A stretch of 39,581 nucleotides of DNA, taken from Octopus bimaculoides (lineage: Eukaryota). This document shows, in pieces, positions 10,993 to 25,514 of this stretch. Every line of letters starts with the position of its first letter. Within the stretch, counting starts at the first letter, position 1. The notes beneath the pieces were generated by a model. That model made no database searches, was not told the DNA's origin, and was given only the letters and a program-made list of their open reading frames with translations. The stretch spans positions 42,682,640 through 42,722,220 of the forward strand of contig NC_068984.1 of the NCBI RefSeq assembly GCF_001194135.2, given 5' to 3'. The position numbers and the translations under genes are program-made.

Positions 10993-12024
10993 TGTGTGCG
11001 TGTGCATGTGAGTGTGTGTGGGGGGGGGAGGAGCGTAAAACGATGTACACTACTTTCTAAGAGGTTATTGGGCAGAAAATTTATACGGGACGGGTAAGTA
11101 TACACACTAAGTTACTATGTGTTTCTAATTGTTTCAAATAACCATATAAAACTAGACGACAATGAAATAACTTTAAACAGAGGTTCGTTCGATTCAGAAT
11201 GGTGCAACTTGTTTTGTCGCCACAGATGGATGATAATTTAGATCGTTGAAAGAGAAAAGGGAACAGATGATAAGTACTGAAAGGGTCAGTCTTCACCATT
11301 TAATCATTTCCATATCACTAAATGCTTGATCTCATTCTTCATATTATTCTCGAATCTGTTGAGAACTTTCCTTCTTATAATCCCACAATTAAGATTACTT
11401 TATAGTAAAACTCACAGTTTTCTTTTCTTTTGTCTGTTTCTTAATTCATGTATTTTCGATTTTAATTGGAGTTGTATTTCATCAGGCGCTATAACTATGG
11501 GCTTTATTTTGTCTGTAAACTTGAAAATGACACAGCACTTTAGGTAAGCATTATCACATTGAGTGAAATGACGGGATGATCCAACGAAGAACCTATGGAA
11601 ACAGTCACATAAGGAGGCGCATTTTATGCCTGAGGAGGCTCATTTTACACCTTAGCGCATTTACACCTAAATGATTACAGAATACCTCACTAAAGTACTA
11701 AAGACGTAAAAAATATGTTGAAACAATTATATTGATCTTAAATAAAAATTGTCGTTCATTCCATTTTCTATCATTTGTCTATTTATATGAACTCTACGGA
11801 TACTATGGAATTCTCGAAGTTTTTCAGTAGCGGGAACATTTCCACTCTATGATGACATCTGATAGCTAATAAATGTGAACGAGCTTTGCATAGCATTCTA
11901 CAAGGTTTTATCCGAATCTTATTTAACTCTTTCTCACTCTCTCCCTCCCTCTATCACTTCTCCTCTCGTACCTCACCCTGTCCCCCTCTCTCCCCTATCT
12001 CTCTCCACTCTCTCCCCATGTACA

Positions 12025-12061
<37 letters not shown>

Positions 12062-12070
12062 TTCTCTCTC

Positions 12071-12123
<53 letters not shown>

Positions 12124-12896
12124 ATATATATATATATATATATATATGCGTCTGTATATATGTGTGTTCGCATTTATATACATGTATGCTTGCATATGTG
12201 TTTGAGATTTCTTGTGTATAAATAAATTAGGGTGTCTGATATTTGATGGAGTTTTGGCAATATTTTCTCCACTAATACACATGTACTAAGTCTACCCACA
12301 CACTTTCTTTTCTAGATTTCTCACATACAGTTACACTCACACGCTCACATACACACGCGCATACAAACACTAACAGTCTCACATATACACACAGATGCTT
12401 ATGCATGCATACATATACTTATATATATATATATATACTCACGCATATATATGTATNNNNNNNNNNNNNNNNNNNNNNNNNNNNNNNNNNNNNNNNNNNN
12501 NNNNNNNNNNNNNNNNNNNNNNNNNNNNNNNNNNNNNNNNNNNNNNNNNNNNNNNNNNNNNNNNNNNNNNNNNNNNNNNNNNNNNNNNNNNNNNNNNNNN
12601 NNNNNNNNNNNNNNNNNNNNNNNNNNNNNNNNNNNNNNNNNNNNNNNNNNNNNNNNNNNNNNNNNNNNNNNNNNNNNNNNNNNNNNNNNNNNNNNNNNNN
12701 NNNNNNNNNNNNNNNNNNNNNNNNNNNNNNNNNNNNNNNNNNNNNNNNNNNNNNNNNNNNNNNNNNNNNNNNNNNNNNNNNNNNNNNNNNNNNNNNNNNN
12801 NNNNNNNNNNNNNNNNNNNNNNNNNNNNNNNNNNNNNNNNNNNNNNNNNNNNNNNNNNNNNNNNNNNNNNNNNNNNNNNNNNNNNNNNNNNNNNNN

Positions 12897-12951
<55 letters not shown>

Positions 12952-15900
12952 ATGTACTTATAGATATATGTAATGTATGTATGTGTATATATTGTTATAT
13001 ACATACGTTTATTTATTTATGTATATATGTGTATATATTTTTGTATGTATGTATTTATGTTTATTGCTTGCTATACTTTATTAGGGTAGGACATACAGTT
13101 CTCAATAGAACTTGGATAAAACAACTATTTATCAAGTGAGTCATATTCCATCTCTTACATGCGTGTAGCATGAAATATATTGTATTGTTACATGATTCGC
13201 ATCAGTTTCATTAAATTCTTATGATCAAATCTCATCTATAATTCTTAATTATTACATTGCATATAGGAACTGCTAATTTTTTAATTATGAATTTTTGTAA
13301 GTGTGACTGATATTTCTGTAGGTGTTTATGTGTGTTTTCGTTTCTTTTTCTATCTCAGTCTATATTTTTCTTATATCTATCTCCATGTCCACCTTCCTTC
13401 CTATCTTCCTATCTATCCTCGTAACTACAAACTTACATACCTATCTTCCTACCTAGCCATCTACCTACCCACATACTTACTTACCTACCTACATACCTAC
13501 TTACCTACCAACTTTCCTAGCTAGCTGTCTACTTCTCCTTTCCCCAATTCCATTTCTATTTATATATCTGTCTATATGCAAACATATATATATCTATGTG
13601 CGTCTGTCTTTTTCTCTATGCGTGTGTATATAAATATGTATATATATAACATTAGATACGTACACATATATATACATATCTATACACGTGCCTATATAAA
13701 TATATATATATATATATATAAGTACATATAACCATATATATATATACGTATATATAAACGCATATATATATACACATGTATATATATGTTTGTGCATATA
13801 CATATATATACATAGATATATGTATACATACATATATATACATATATATACATGCATATATATACATATATATATATATATGTATATATACATGCATATA
13901 TATATATACATATATATATACATATATATATATACATATACATATATATACGTATAAATATATATTCATATATATACATATATATATATGTATATATATT
14001 TATATATATATGCATATATAAGTATATACATATATATATANNNNNNNNNNNNNNNNNNNNNNNNNNNNNNNNNNNNNNNNNNNNNNNNNNNNNNNNNNNN
14101 NNNNNNNNNNNNNNNNNNNNNNNNNNNNNNNNNNNNNNNNNNNNNNNNNNNNNNNNNNNNNNNNNNNNNNNNNNNNNNNNNNNNNNNNNNNNNNNNNNNN
14201 NNNNNNNNNNNNNNNNNNNNNNNNNNNNNNNNNNNNNNNNNNNNNNNNNNNNNNNNNNNNNNNNNNNNNNNNNNNNNNNNNNNNNNNNNNNNNNNNNNNN
14301 NNNNNNNNNNNNNNNNNNNNNNNNNNNNNNNNNNNNNNNNNNNNNNNNNNNNNNNNNNNNNNNNNNNNNNNNNNNNNNNNNNNNNNNNNNNNNNNNNNNN
14401 NNNNNNNNNNNNNNNNNNNNNNNNNNNNNNNNNNNNNNNNNNNNNNNNNNNNNNNNNNNNNNNNNNNNNNNNNNNNNNNNNNNNNNNNNNNNNNNNNNNN
14501 NNNNNNNNNNNNNNNNNNNNNNNNNNNNNNNNNNNNNNNNNNNNNNNNNNNNNNNNNNNNNNNNNNNNNNNNNNNNNNNNNNNNNNNNNNNNNNNNNNNN
14601 NNNNNNNNNNNNNNNNNNNNNNNNNNNNNNNNNNNNNNNNNNNNNNNATATATATATATATACACATATATATATATATATATACATATATATATGTGTG
14701 TATATATATATATATATACATGTACGTGTTCGTTTGTATTTCATACCTGCCGTTAACGATGCTACGATGATGATAAATTGTAAGTATCGTGGACAACTGT
14801 ATCATCGTTCTTAAATAAAGTCTTCTAATGAAGAAGAACCAATCAAAATGGACATTGGAAACATACATAGGCATGAAGGGGACAACTGAAATGATATTAG
14901 ATAACCAGAGATCTTCTCTCACTTGCCAATCGGAACCTCGTTATTTTGAGAACATAAAGTATGAATATTATTTTCTATAGTTTCAAGCAGCCTTATAAAT
15001 ACAGCGTTAAAAATTAAGCGTTAAAAATATTGTAATTTTGTTTTGGAATATGTAATCATATTTTTAGTGTAATATAAATTAGAAACATGTAAATCGATAT
15101 TATTAAATATTTAAGATGAAATTTAAGCTTGTGAATAGAAAAATATTGAAAAAGAAAGCAAAAGAATCATATAGTGATTAAAAGAAGTTAAAGATGTAAA
15201 CGAAGGGTTTGAATTATCAACGCACAGTCGTAGATCATTTTATGAGAAAGCCAAATTTTGTGCTTTCAGTTTCTTCCTCTACTCTTGCCAAAAATGTTAC
15301 AAATCAACAGGAGAAAGACATGCGTAGGAAGTTTTAGCTGAAAACCAGAGGTGACCATTATAAACCAATATGGATGAAAGAAATAAGAACAAAATAAAAG
15401 GAAAAAAAACCTACGGGAGAAATAATAAAAGGGAATTTAAAAAATGGCTTCTTTATTGAAAATCAAAAGCTATCACACCAAGCAAAAATTCTTTCGGTTA
15501 ACGGAGGCCGAATTATGTCTACGGTTTTGATGTACAACTCAACTGTAAGCTTGAAATAACTCCAACTTTACATAAAATAACCTTCAGATACATCCTTGAC
15601 TAATCGTTCTTGGTAACTACTATCCATACGCGACATCGACCAACATTTGTCATATCTTACTTCCGATGAAAATGTAGATTTAGTAGATCTACAACTAACT
15701 GTCAATAGAATTGCTACTAACTTAATGTCAAAATCTTAAATAACATCATCAGTATTAAGATTAACTATAATAGTTTCTTTCCAAAACTTCAAATCTAACA
15801 TCTAAATAACTAACTTTATTCAAATTTGTATTATTGCTCATTACGTCTAAATACTTAGGATACATTTTATATTGTTAATACTTGGAAAAAAATGTATAAT

Positions 15901-16453
15901 TAATACTCTAAATCTCTCGTATGTATCTGGAACAACCACTAAGCTGCCTAATTAAACGTATCATTATCTGTATCCATAAATCATTAAGAAAGTAAATTGT
16001 CACGATGTCAAGTACAAGCCAGCTAACGAAGGCTACGATTACCTCCCGTAGGAATACATGCATGTAGCCTGCCTATATGTCTTACACGTAAACAAATTGT
16101 TCACATTTTCAGTAATAAATCTTATGAGCTTTAATAATTTATCTTTCTCAAATTTCTATAGTCATTATATTATATTAGCAGAAAGTAAAATAATTTTAAT
16201 GTTATGAATAAAATAATATTAATATTGTTATGTTAACTGCGTGTATCTGTGGGTATGTGTGTACGGGCGTATGTGTACGTGTTTGTGCCTGTGTTCTTTT
16301 GTGTGCGAATTTCGACACTACCTCAGGTTTCATGCAATATAATTTTGCAATTTTCAAGTGTTTCACTTATAAAATATATAAAGTAATTGTAATCCGCTTC
16401 CATTCTGGGTTTGGTAGCCAAATCCTACGCACGCACGCATACACACACACACA

Positions 16454-16485
<32 letters not shown>

Positions 16486-16947
16486 TACACACACACACTC
16501 ACACACACACACACACACACACAGATATATGGGTCCCAACATTTCATAGTACGGAAAAAAATTCAAATATGAAGAGAAGCAACCCGAGGAATATGAACAA
16601 TATCGTAGACCCATACATAAGGTATATGTATTACCAACTTATGGCTAGGTTGCGATTTATAAGTATGAGAGAAATAGCGAGCAATTTGGTATCAAACATT
16701 GGGATATACCATCACATAGTCCTCATACCATTTTGCATGACAACTGTTTCAGCCGCCGTTTTCCGAAGCAGAAAAGAGAATTTCATTGAAACACACTATT
16801 CCTTCCCAAGGTAGCATCAAGTGGCTTCTAGCAGTGGAAACCTGAACTACTACGGGTTTGTACACAAAGAACGTTTCCGGTTACTTTTGGGTCCCACTTG
16901 TATATATATGCATGCATACACACGCATAAGTAGGTGTGTACATATAC

Positions 16948-16981
<34 letters not shown>

Positions 16982-17000
16982 TTGTGTGTATGTGTGTGTT

Positions 17001-17037
<37 letters not shown>

Positions 17038-17041
<4 letters not shown>

Positions 17042-17232
17042 TTGTCACCCCACCATCGCTTGACAGCTGATGTTGGTGTGCTTATGTCCCCGTAACTTAG
17101 GGGTTCGTTTGAGAACACCGATAGAATAAGTACTAGGCTTGCAAAGAATAAGTCCTGCTGTCGATTTGTATGACTAAAGGCGGTGTTCCAGCAGGCTGCA
17201 GTCAAATGACTGACACAAATAAAAGAATAAAA

Positions 17233-17237
<5 letters not shown>
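17038..17237 (+). mobile_element. 3' module of SINE family B
   Basis: Reverse complement closely matches 29320-29510 (gtccccgtaacttag...gatagaataagtactaggctt..aaagaataagtcct..gtcgattt...cagtcaaatgactga). It ends in aataaaagaataaaagaa. Confidence 0.85.
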
Positions 17238-17271
<34 letters not shown>

Positions 17272-17274
<3 letters not shown>

Positions 17275-17673
17275 GACCGGCCTTAAGAAGTGCAGGGGCC
17301 AATTATGAACAATTTTGTTGGGTCCCAGGTTCCCAGTCGACTTGCACCAAGGTCTATAAAATCATAAAAATATAAAAATCACAAATCACAAAGATGTAAA
17401 AATCCAGCCGTTGAAACTATGCTACCGTGCGATGCGACGTAAAAGCACTCAGTCCACGCTGTAAAGTGGTGACGTTAGGAAGGACATCCAACCATAAAAA
17501 AGCATACCAAACCAGACAGGTGCCAGATGTAGCCCCTGGCTTGTTGGCCCCTGTTAAACCGTCCAACATATTCCAGCATGGACAGCGGACGTTAAATGAT
17601 GATTGATGATGATATGAATATATATATACACATATTATGTATATATTTATATGTGTATATGTGTGTGTGTGTG

Positions 17674-17711
<38 letters not shown>

Positions 17712-17721
17712 NNNNNNNNNN

Positions 17722-17767
<46 letters not shown>

Positions 17768-18900
17768 TAACTTTCTGAATTTTCTACATATACGTCTCAG
17801 ATGGTGTAGATTACGATTATATTGGAATTTGTTGAGTAAAGTATTTTCTCTCTGTTTTAGATGAACTAAAAGGTAGCCGGTCTTCTACGTGGTTGTTTAG
17901 TATGCTAGAAATAGCAATTATTAGGCATAAGAAACGCCACTATTCTGATCTAATACGACGCAAAGGGGGAATAGTCTTTGCAGTACACTAGGAGCCGAGA
18001 TGAATTGATAGCACACGAAAAAAAAAAAACAAGGGAAAAATAACTCCGAGATGAGGAGGGGGGGATCCGAGGGCCCACACCCCTCCGATTTTCGTGCGAA
18101 AATGTCATTTGCGGTATATTAGGAGATGAGATTTGTTGTTAGCACAAGAAAAAAGAAAAACGAGGAAAAACATTATTCTTCACCGAAATCCAGTTGGGTG
18201 TTAAACTATAAATTTAAACTACATCTAAACTACGCGTTTAAAAATATTCTGGCAAAAATCGGAAAGAAATTTAACAAGATTTCAAAGAAACTTTCATTAA
18301 TTATTAATTTAGAATTTTTCGGTAGCTGGTTATATATACTTACCGATTCTTTTTTCTATAAGCTTTGTTGTAAGACAGTCCTGTCTGTGTGGAAAGAACT
18401 TTGTTTCTTAGCTACATGTTTCTGCATTTAACACCAGTGTGTGACACGAAATGTTTCCTTACTATAGCCCTGTGTGTGTGTGTATGTGTGTGTGTGTGTA
18501 TGTGTGTGTGTATGTGTGTGTGTGTGTGTGTGGGTGTGTGTGTGGCTGCGTGCTTGTGCTTGTCCCAAACCTGAATGGGTAACATTGCAAAGAGATTTTC
18601 TCTTCTGAACAAGAGAAAGAAATTTTATCACACCGCCCCCATCTTTCTCTCTCCCATTATACACACACACATACACGACCACGTGTGTATGTATGTATAA
18701 AATTTCCCCAAAAATAAAAAATACATACACATACAATCATTCACATAAATACAAGGACCTCAATTAAACCACTATCAAAAATAATTGAACTTTTAACCTT
18801 TAACCATTGTAGGCAAAATACTGAGTACTGAATTCTTTTGCACATACACATCCATTTAGCCGTTTGTTCTTATCAGTTTAAATTTTTTTTGGTTTCTTTA

Positions 18901-18953
<53 letters not shown>

Positions 18954-19531
18954 NNNNNNNNNNNNNNNNNNNNNNNNNNNNNNNNNNNNNNNNNNNNNNN
19001 NNNNNNNNNNNNNNNNNNNNNNNNNNNNNNNNNNNNNNNNNNNNNNNNNNNNNNNNNNNNNNNNNNNNNNNNNNNNNNNNNNNNNNNNNNNNNNNNNNNN
19101 NNNNNNNNNNNNNNNNNNNNNNNNNNNNNNNNNNNNNNNNNNNNNNNNNNNNNNNNNNNNNNNNNNNNNNNNNNNNNNNNNNNNNNNNNNNNNNNNNNNN
19201 NNNNNNNNNNNNNNNNNNNNNNNNNNNNNNNNNNNNNNNNNNNNNNNNNNNNNNNNNNNNNNNNNNNNNNNNNNNNNNNNNNNNNNNNNNNNNNNNNNNN
19301 NNNNNNNNNNNNNNNNNNNNNNNNNNNNNNNNNNNNNNNNNNNNNNNNNNNNNNNNNNNNNNNNNNNNNNNNNNNNNNNNNNNNNNNNNNNNNNNNNNNN
19401 NNNNNNNNNNNNNNNNNNNNNNNNNNNNNNNNNNNNNNNNNNNNNNNNNNNNNNNNNNNNNNNNNNNNNNNNNNNNNNNNNNNNNNNNNNNNNNNNNNNN
19501 NNNNNNNNNNNNNNNNNNNNNNNNNNNNNNN

Positions 19532-19569
<38 letters not shown>

Positions 19570-20027
19570 CACTTTATTGAAATAAAAAAGTTTCCCTCAA
19601 ATTAAACATTTATAGAAACTGACACAAATATACGCACACATATATACACATACAATTCACCCACATACTCTCACAGACACACAAACATTTTACCCAAACG
19701 TTGCCGTAAACACTACTAAACATTGACATGCAAACATACATATTGACCCTTACACTAAAAATAAAATAAATGTCTTCAAATTCAGCGGCTGACCCAAGTA
19801 GTTTGAGATGAATGGGTTTATCTTTTGATATCTCGTGTCTCTAAAGTGCAGAAAGTATGTCTTTTCATTTTCTGAAAGACCTTACAGATTTTTTTTTTAA
19901 AGACTTCAAGGAGACTACCATTATGAAATGTTGCAGTATAGAATGTCGCCCTCTTGGGCGCGAACCCCCACTTCGGTGCAGAGTCCGATTGGGAGCAATC
20001 GGTCCAATTGGCTTAAGGCCGGCCCTG
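17272..20027. mobile_element. Possible non-autonomous hAT-type DNA element defined by terminal inverted repeats
   Basis: CAGGACCGGCCTTAAG at 17272-17287 and CTTAAGGCCGGCCCTG at 20012-20027 are inverted at 15/16. GC-rich subterminal segments with ccaatt motifs lie at both ends. No 8-bp TSD and no transposase seen. Confidence 0.5.
17410..17612 (+). mobile_element. SINE 3' part with (GAT)n tail
   Basis: gtggtgacgttaggaaggacatcca...aaaccgtccaacatattccagcatggacagcggacgttaaatgatgat resembles a remembered abundant octopus SINE end. Family assignment not verified. Confidence 0.55.
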
Positions 20028-20271
20028 ACTCATTGTAATCTTTTTTCTTGTTTTTGTGATCTCTTGTAGTTTAAATGGTTGAATGCATTAATTTCATTAA
20101 ACTTCTCGATGGCGTTTAGGAATCATTTATTAAAGTACCTGTATACAAATATATTCATTTTATTTTTATTTAATCTTGCGCGAATCGTTTTCATTTTACC
20201 TCTGCTGATAAGTGTTTTCTTTTCTGTTTCGTGTGTGTGTGTGTGTGTGCGTGCGTGTGTGCGTGTGTGTG

Positions 20272-20500
20272 AGGGCAAATGGCTTAGTGGTTAAGATGTT
20301 TCACACAAGATCGTGCTTTCAATTCCTGAACCGAGTGGTGCGTTGTGTCTTGGAACAAAACAACTCATCTCACGTTACTCTGTGATCACTTAGACACCTG
20401 ACGTGTAGTATGCCGTATACTTGATCAGGCAACGTCGATTTGATGGAGAGAGTGAGCTAATTGCACAGCACAAATATTTGATCACTATAAACAAACGATT
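20272..20500 (+). mobile_element. tRNA-derived SINE, family C
   Basis: A-box TGGCTTAGTGG at 20280-20290 and B-box-like TTTCAATTCC, then gcgttgtgtcttggaacaaaaca, similar to 27030-27160. Confidence 0.75.
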
Positions 20501-21107
20501 TTGTGCAAGCGTTTCAGCATGAAATTATAGACCTGTCTTTCTCGGACTACGAAAGACTACCGTCATATATAACACAACATTCAAATACACATATTTATTG
20601 AAATGCAACTTAGTAATTTTTTTTTGTAAAAGATATTTTGCAAAAGAAAATATTTCCCAGCTTGAAGAAAACTGATTATTTACAGTTTTAAAAACTAAGA
20701 GTAAATTTATATCATTTTAAAAAACAAACAAATATTTTGATAAAATAACTCAACTTAAGTGTTGTGCCACATTTTCTTAGTTTACCTTAATATTATCCAC
20801 CAAGTACATTCATTTCTAAATACGGTGCCTTGTTTTTGGTACAGAATTTCTAAACTCGTTACAAAATTCTCTCTACATATGCATAAAACTTTTCCATAAA
20901 CATTTGTTTCATATACATACATACATACATACATACATACATACAGACAGACAGACACACACATGTATATATATATATATATATATATAGGAAGTACTAA
21001 TATAAACACATACACATGTCTTTAAGCGTATATAAGCACATATATATGTAAATATAAGTACATATTTATGTGTACATATATATTCATACACACACGCACA
21101 CACACAC

Positions 21108-21143
<36 letters not shown>

Positions 21144-21370
21144 NNNNNNNNNNNNNNNNNNNNNNNNNNNNNNNNNNNNNNNNNNNNNNNNNNNNNNNNN
21201 NNNNNNNNNNNNNNNNNNNNNNNNNNNNNNNNNNNNNNNNNNNNNNNNNNNNNNNNNNNNNNNNNNNNNNNNNNNNNNNNNNNNNNNNNNNNNNNNNNNN
21301 NNNNNNNNNNNNNNNNNNNNNNNNNNNNNNNNNNNNNNNNNNNNNNNNNNNNNNNNNNNNNNNNNNNNNN

Positions 21371-21407
<37 letters not shown>

Positions 21408-21907
21408 GTGTTTGTATGTATATATACATGTATATATATTTATAGATATATGCATATATATATGTGTGTATGTATGTATGTGTATGTGTATGTGCATGTA
21501 CACGAGTAAAAATTCTGAGGGCCAGAACAGGGTTAATTATGTAGAGAAGGAGGTTGCTATATGTCAGCCGGGCGTCGCTTTGTTCTTCTGGCTTCTCAAT
21601 AAAATATATTACTACATTCCAGACCTGACACAAGCAAGACACCAATTCCTGTTATGTGATTCTCTACTATTCAGACCCATACCCTCTTCCAACATTTTGT
21701 TTTTCTTTTTGGCTCCATGCCCCTTTACATTCTCACCCTCTCAGCATTATGTTCTCTATTAGTCTTACTATCCCCTCACCATTCGATTTCTCTCCTCTCT
21801 CTCCACTCATATTTATATGTGTGTGTGTGTGTGTGTGTTATACACATACATTTTTACAGACATACACTGGCATTCATATTCACTCGTACACATATCTACG
21901 GCATGTA

Positions 21908-21974
<67 letters not shown>

Positions 21975-22093
21975 GTACATATATTTAAAGCCACAAGGCT
22001 ACTGCTTTGCCATGGATATTGACGACTTCATTGGTCTAAGCCACCGAGCGTTTCTGTTGTGCGTAACTCACCGATCACTTGAGTTCGCGACGA

Positions 22094-22149
<56 letters not shown>

Positions 22150-22769
22150 CCACGATCACACACAGAATTGGCGAAAGAGATAAAAACTCATATACATAAA
22201 AACATGTATGCATACCGGCGCACACACATCGTGGGCGCACACACAAAGATATACATACATACATACTTTCTAGATATACACGTATGTATGTATATGTATA
22301 TATAGACGAACATGTATATACTCACATGTATATAAAATGTATGAGTGTTTATATAAGTATGTGATTTTATTTTGTATCTTAGTATATTAGAAGTATGTGT
22401 TTATACTTTTTTGCTGCTATATCTTTAAAAATAGATCTGTAGATATTAATTATGCGTTAGGTAAGACAACTATATTTGTACAAGAGATAATTTTAAGAGC
22501 CTCTCTCAGATAATATCCTTCCATAGCTTTATTTTTATGTATATACTTAAACGTATCCACGCAAATCTACCACACATGCACATAGTTAAATGGTTTGGCG
22601 TAATAATAATGTCATTTTTCTTTATGGAAAAAAATGAGTCAAGTCGTTTCGTTCGACCCCAGTCATCTCTTATTGATTTCCTCCATAGGCACAAGGAATC
22701 AATTTTGCATACACTTCAGCTATTTTCATGCACTTAGCTAGAACTTTATTTGTCAATGTTAAGAAGAAA

Positions 22770-23040
22770 TATAATTTGACTTCGGCAGAATTTGAACTCA
22801 GAACTTAATAGACGCTGACTAAATCTCTATATTTTATTCGACGCTCAAATAATTCCGCTAATCCATTGTTTCGAAGACATTTTTAACGTAGGCATAAGAA
22901 TATTACTTTGGAGGAAAGTTCAGTCGATTAAGTTAACCCAAGTACTTGACTGGTACTTGACCTCAACTGGATTTGAACTTAGAACGTAAAGAGCCGTAAC
23001 TAAATAGTTCTAACAACAATTCCGCTAATCCACCGCCCTT
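22770..23040 (-). mobile_element. Two decayed family A SINE fragments
   Basis: gacttcggcagaatttgaactcagaac...aattccgctaatcc (about 22777-22865) and cagtcgatta...gactggtactt...gatttgaacttagaacgtaaag...ttccgctaatccaccgcc (about 22921-23038). Confidence 0.65.
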
Positions 23041-24459
23041 TAGATTGAGTATTATTGTTACTTATTTCTTCGACTTTCTGTGGCATTTGAGATAATGAAT
23101 ATCACAAACTTCATCTTAAAATCCCCTGTAAATTGGAGTGCTTATAGCTAAGTTGATACATCATCAACACGAGAATTAAGATATTAACGGCGAAGTGATG
23201 TAGTTTTGAAGCTGTTACTAAAGTAAAGTAGTAGAAGCCCGTATTGAACAAAATTGAGAATGAGAAAAACTAGAAGCTCCTTCGTGGTCGTTGAAATTAA
23301 CAGAAACCTCGACCAAATCACCCACAAATTCCTTTAAAATGTGAAGGGTTCTTTGAGTAATGTAACAATAGATATGTTGGGAAAAGTGGGACAGTTTGGT
23401 GGAACACCTATAGTTATTGTTCTGCTGGACTAAATATAAACTATTCTCAAACTAAAGAAAAACAACAGCAACGTATATGACAACAATAATGAAAACAATG
23501 ATATGCACAATTTAGTTTATCCAGCAAAATACAAAATATTCAATATCAGTAACAAAGTTGAGAAAAGAGAACTTATTTTCCTAAAATATGGGTGTCTTTC
23601 ATACACTTGACTGATAGTCGGTGTCCGTTGCTAATTCATTACGCATTTAAAAGAAATCATTTGGATGCTTTAAACATAGTCCCGCATGTTAGCCTTAGGA
23701 GCCAATAAAACTTTCCAATCCCCTTTTTTATAAGTATACAATCATATAGTATACATTTACGGCTAGATATATGGTTTTTTTGTCTTTCAACCACTGAGCC
23801 AAGGTTATAAAGTGTAGTTTAATTGGTTATCCGTAACCATGTAGATTAAACCAGATGCAGCTCTCGATGTTTTGTAACAAAATTATGAAATCAAAATATT
23901 TATTTTCGGAAATGCGAGTTTTAGCAGTTCATACATTCTTCAAAAATATTGGTTAATATACATTCCTGCTTGTTTCGTATATCTCATGACACTAAAACAT
24001 TCTGCTTCTTAAACACATTTGAAACGTGGCCACCCTGAACGATGATAAATGGAAAATTCCATAGACTAAGATTTTCATTCATCCGGTGATGAAAAGAATA
24101 CATACAATATTTTAAATGTAACGGTCTCCAGTTTAACGTATTTTGTATTATCCAAGCGTCTAACACATTTGGGGGAAATATTTACATTTCTATCTCCGAG
24201 AAATTTAGTTCTAAACTCAAAGTCTATGATCGTGAATGTCTTTCACTAAGAGTAGGCACGATTAATATGAGCTCCACAGGCAATAAATCGTATAAGTGAC
24301 GTAAAAAGATTGGACTTGATGGATATAAGTGCAAATCGTATATAGTTAGTTATGAGGCCGTTGTATTTACAAAATATAGTCACAGTAAAGAGACAGCTTA
24401 TATGTGGACCAAAGATTATGTGCTGGTGAATCATTCGCATTCAGAGGTTTATGATATTT

Positions 24460-25185
<726 letters not shown>

Positions 25186-25450
25186 ATTTTGTTTCCTCAT
25201 AACTTTCAGAAAAATGGATATTTTTAAATGAAATTTTCTACAAATATGCTTCAGTTAGTTTAGACTCCAAGTATATCAGGATTTATTGCGAATAATTTTT
25301 CTATGGATAGGGAGCGGGGTTTCAGAAAATTCGCACGAGTCGACATTATTTCCTCATTACTTTTACAAAAATGGGTATTTTTTATGAAACTTTCTATAGA
25401 TACCTTTCAAAATATAAATATTACGATTATATTGAAATTCAATGTGAAAT
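25186..25450 (+). mobile_element. Unclassified interspersed repeat with an internal ~55 bp direct repeat
   Basis: tttcctcat.actttc.gaaaaatgg.tattttt.atgaaa.tttcta.a.ata occurs at 25192-25246 and 25349-25402. A related fragment lies at about 17765-17835 (tacgattatat.g.aatt). Confidence 0.55.
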
Positions 25451-25514
25451 AAATTGACGGGCACGCACGTACATATTTTCACACATAATTGTATCAAAAT
25501 TTCAAGTTTTATTC

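Noticed and set aside
14746-14887. Minus-strand segment with tttcag or cattag acceptors and a CAG|gtatga donor
   Set aside because: The only open frame gives an implausible, unrecognised peptide; splice-like motifs are frequent by chance in AT-rich DNA.
16023-16081. CTAACGA followed by a perfect 7-bp stem (AGGCTAC/GTAGCCT) and ATATGTC, hammerhead-like
   Set aside because: G5 is mutated, GAAA is replaced by GCCT and no stem I pairing is present; too many lesions to call.
23984-24440. Long low-stop stretches on both strands
   Set aside because: Interrupted by stops, with no motif and no consistent splice signals.
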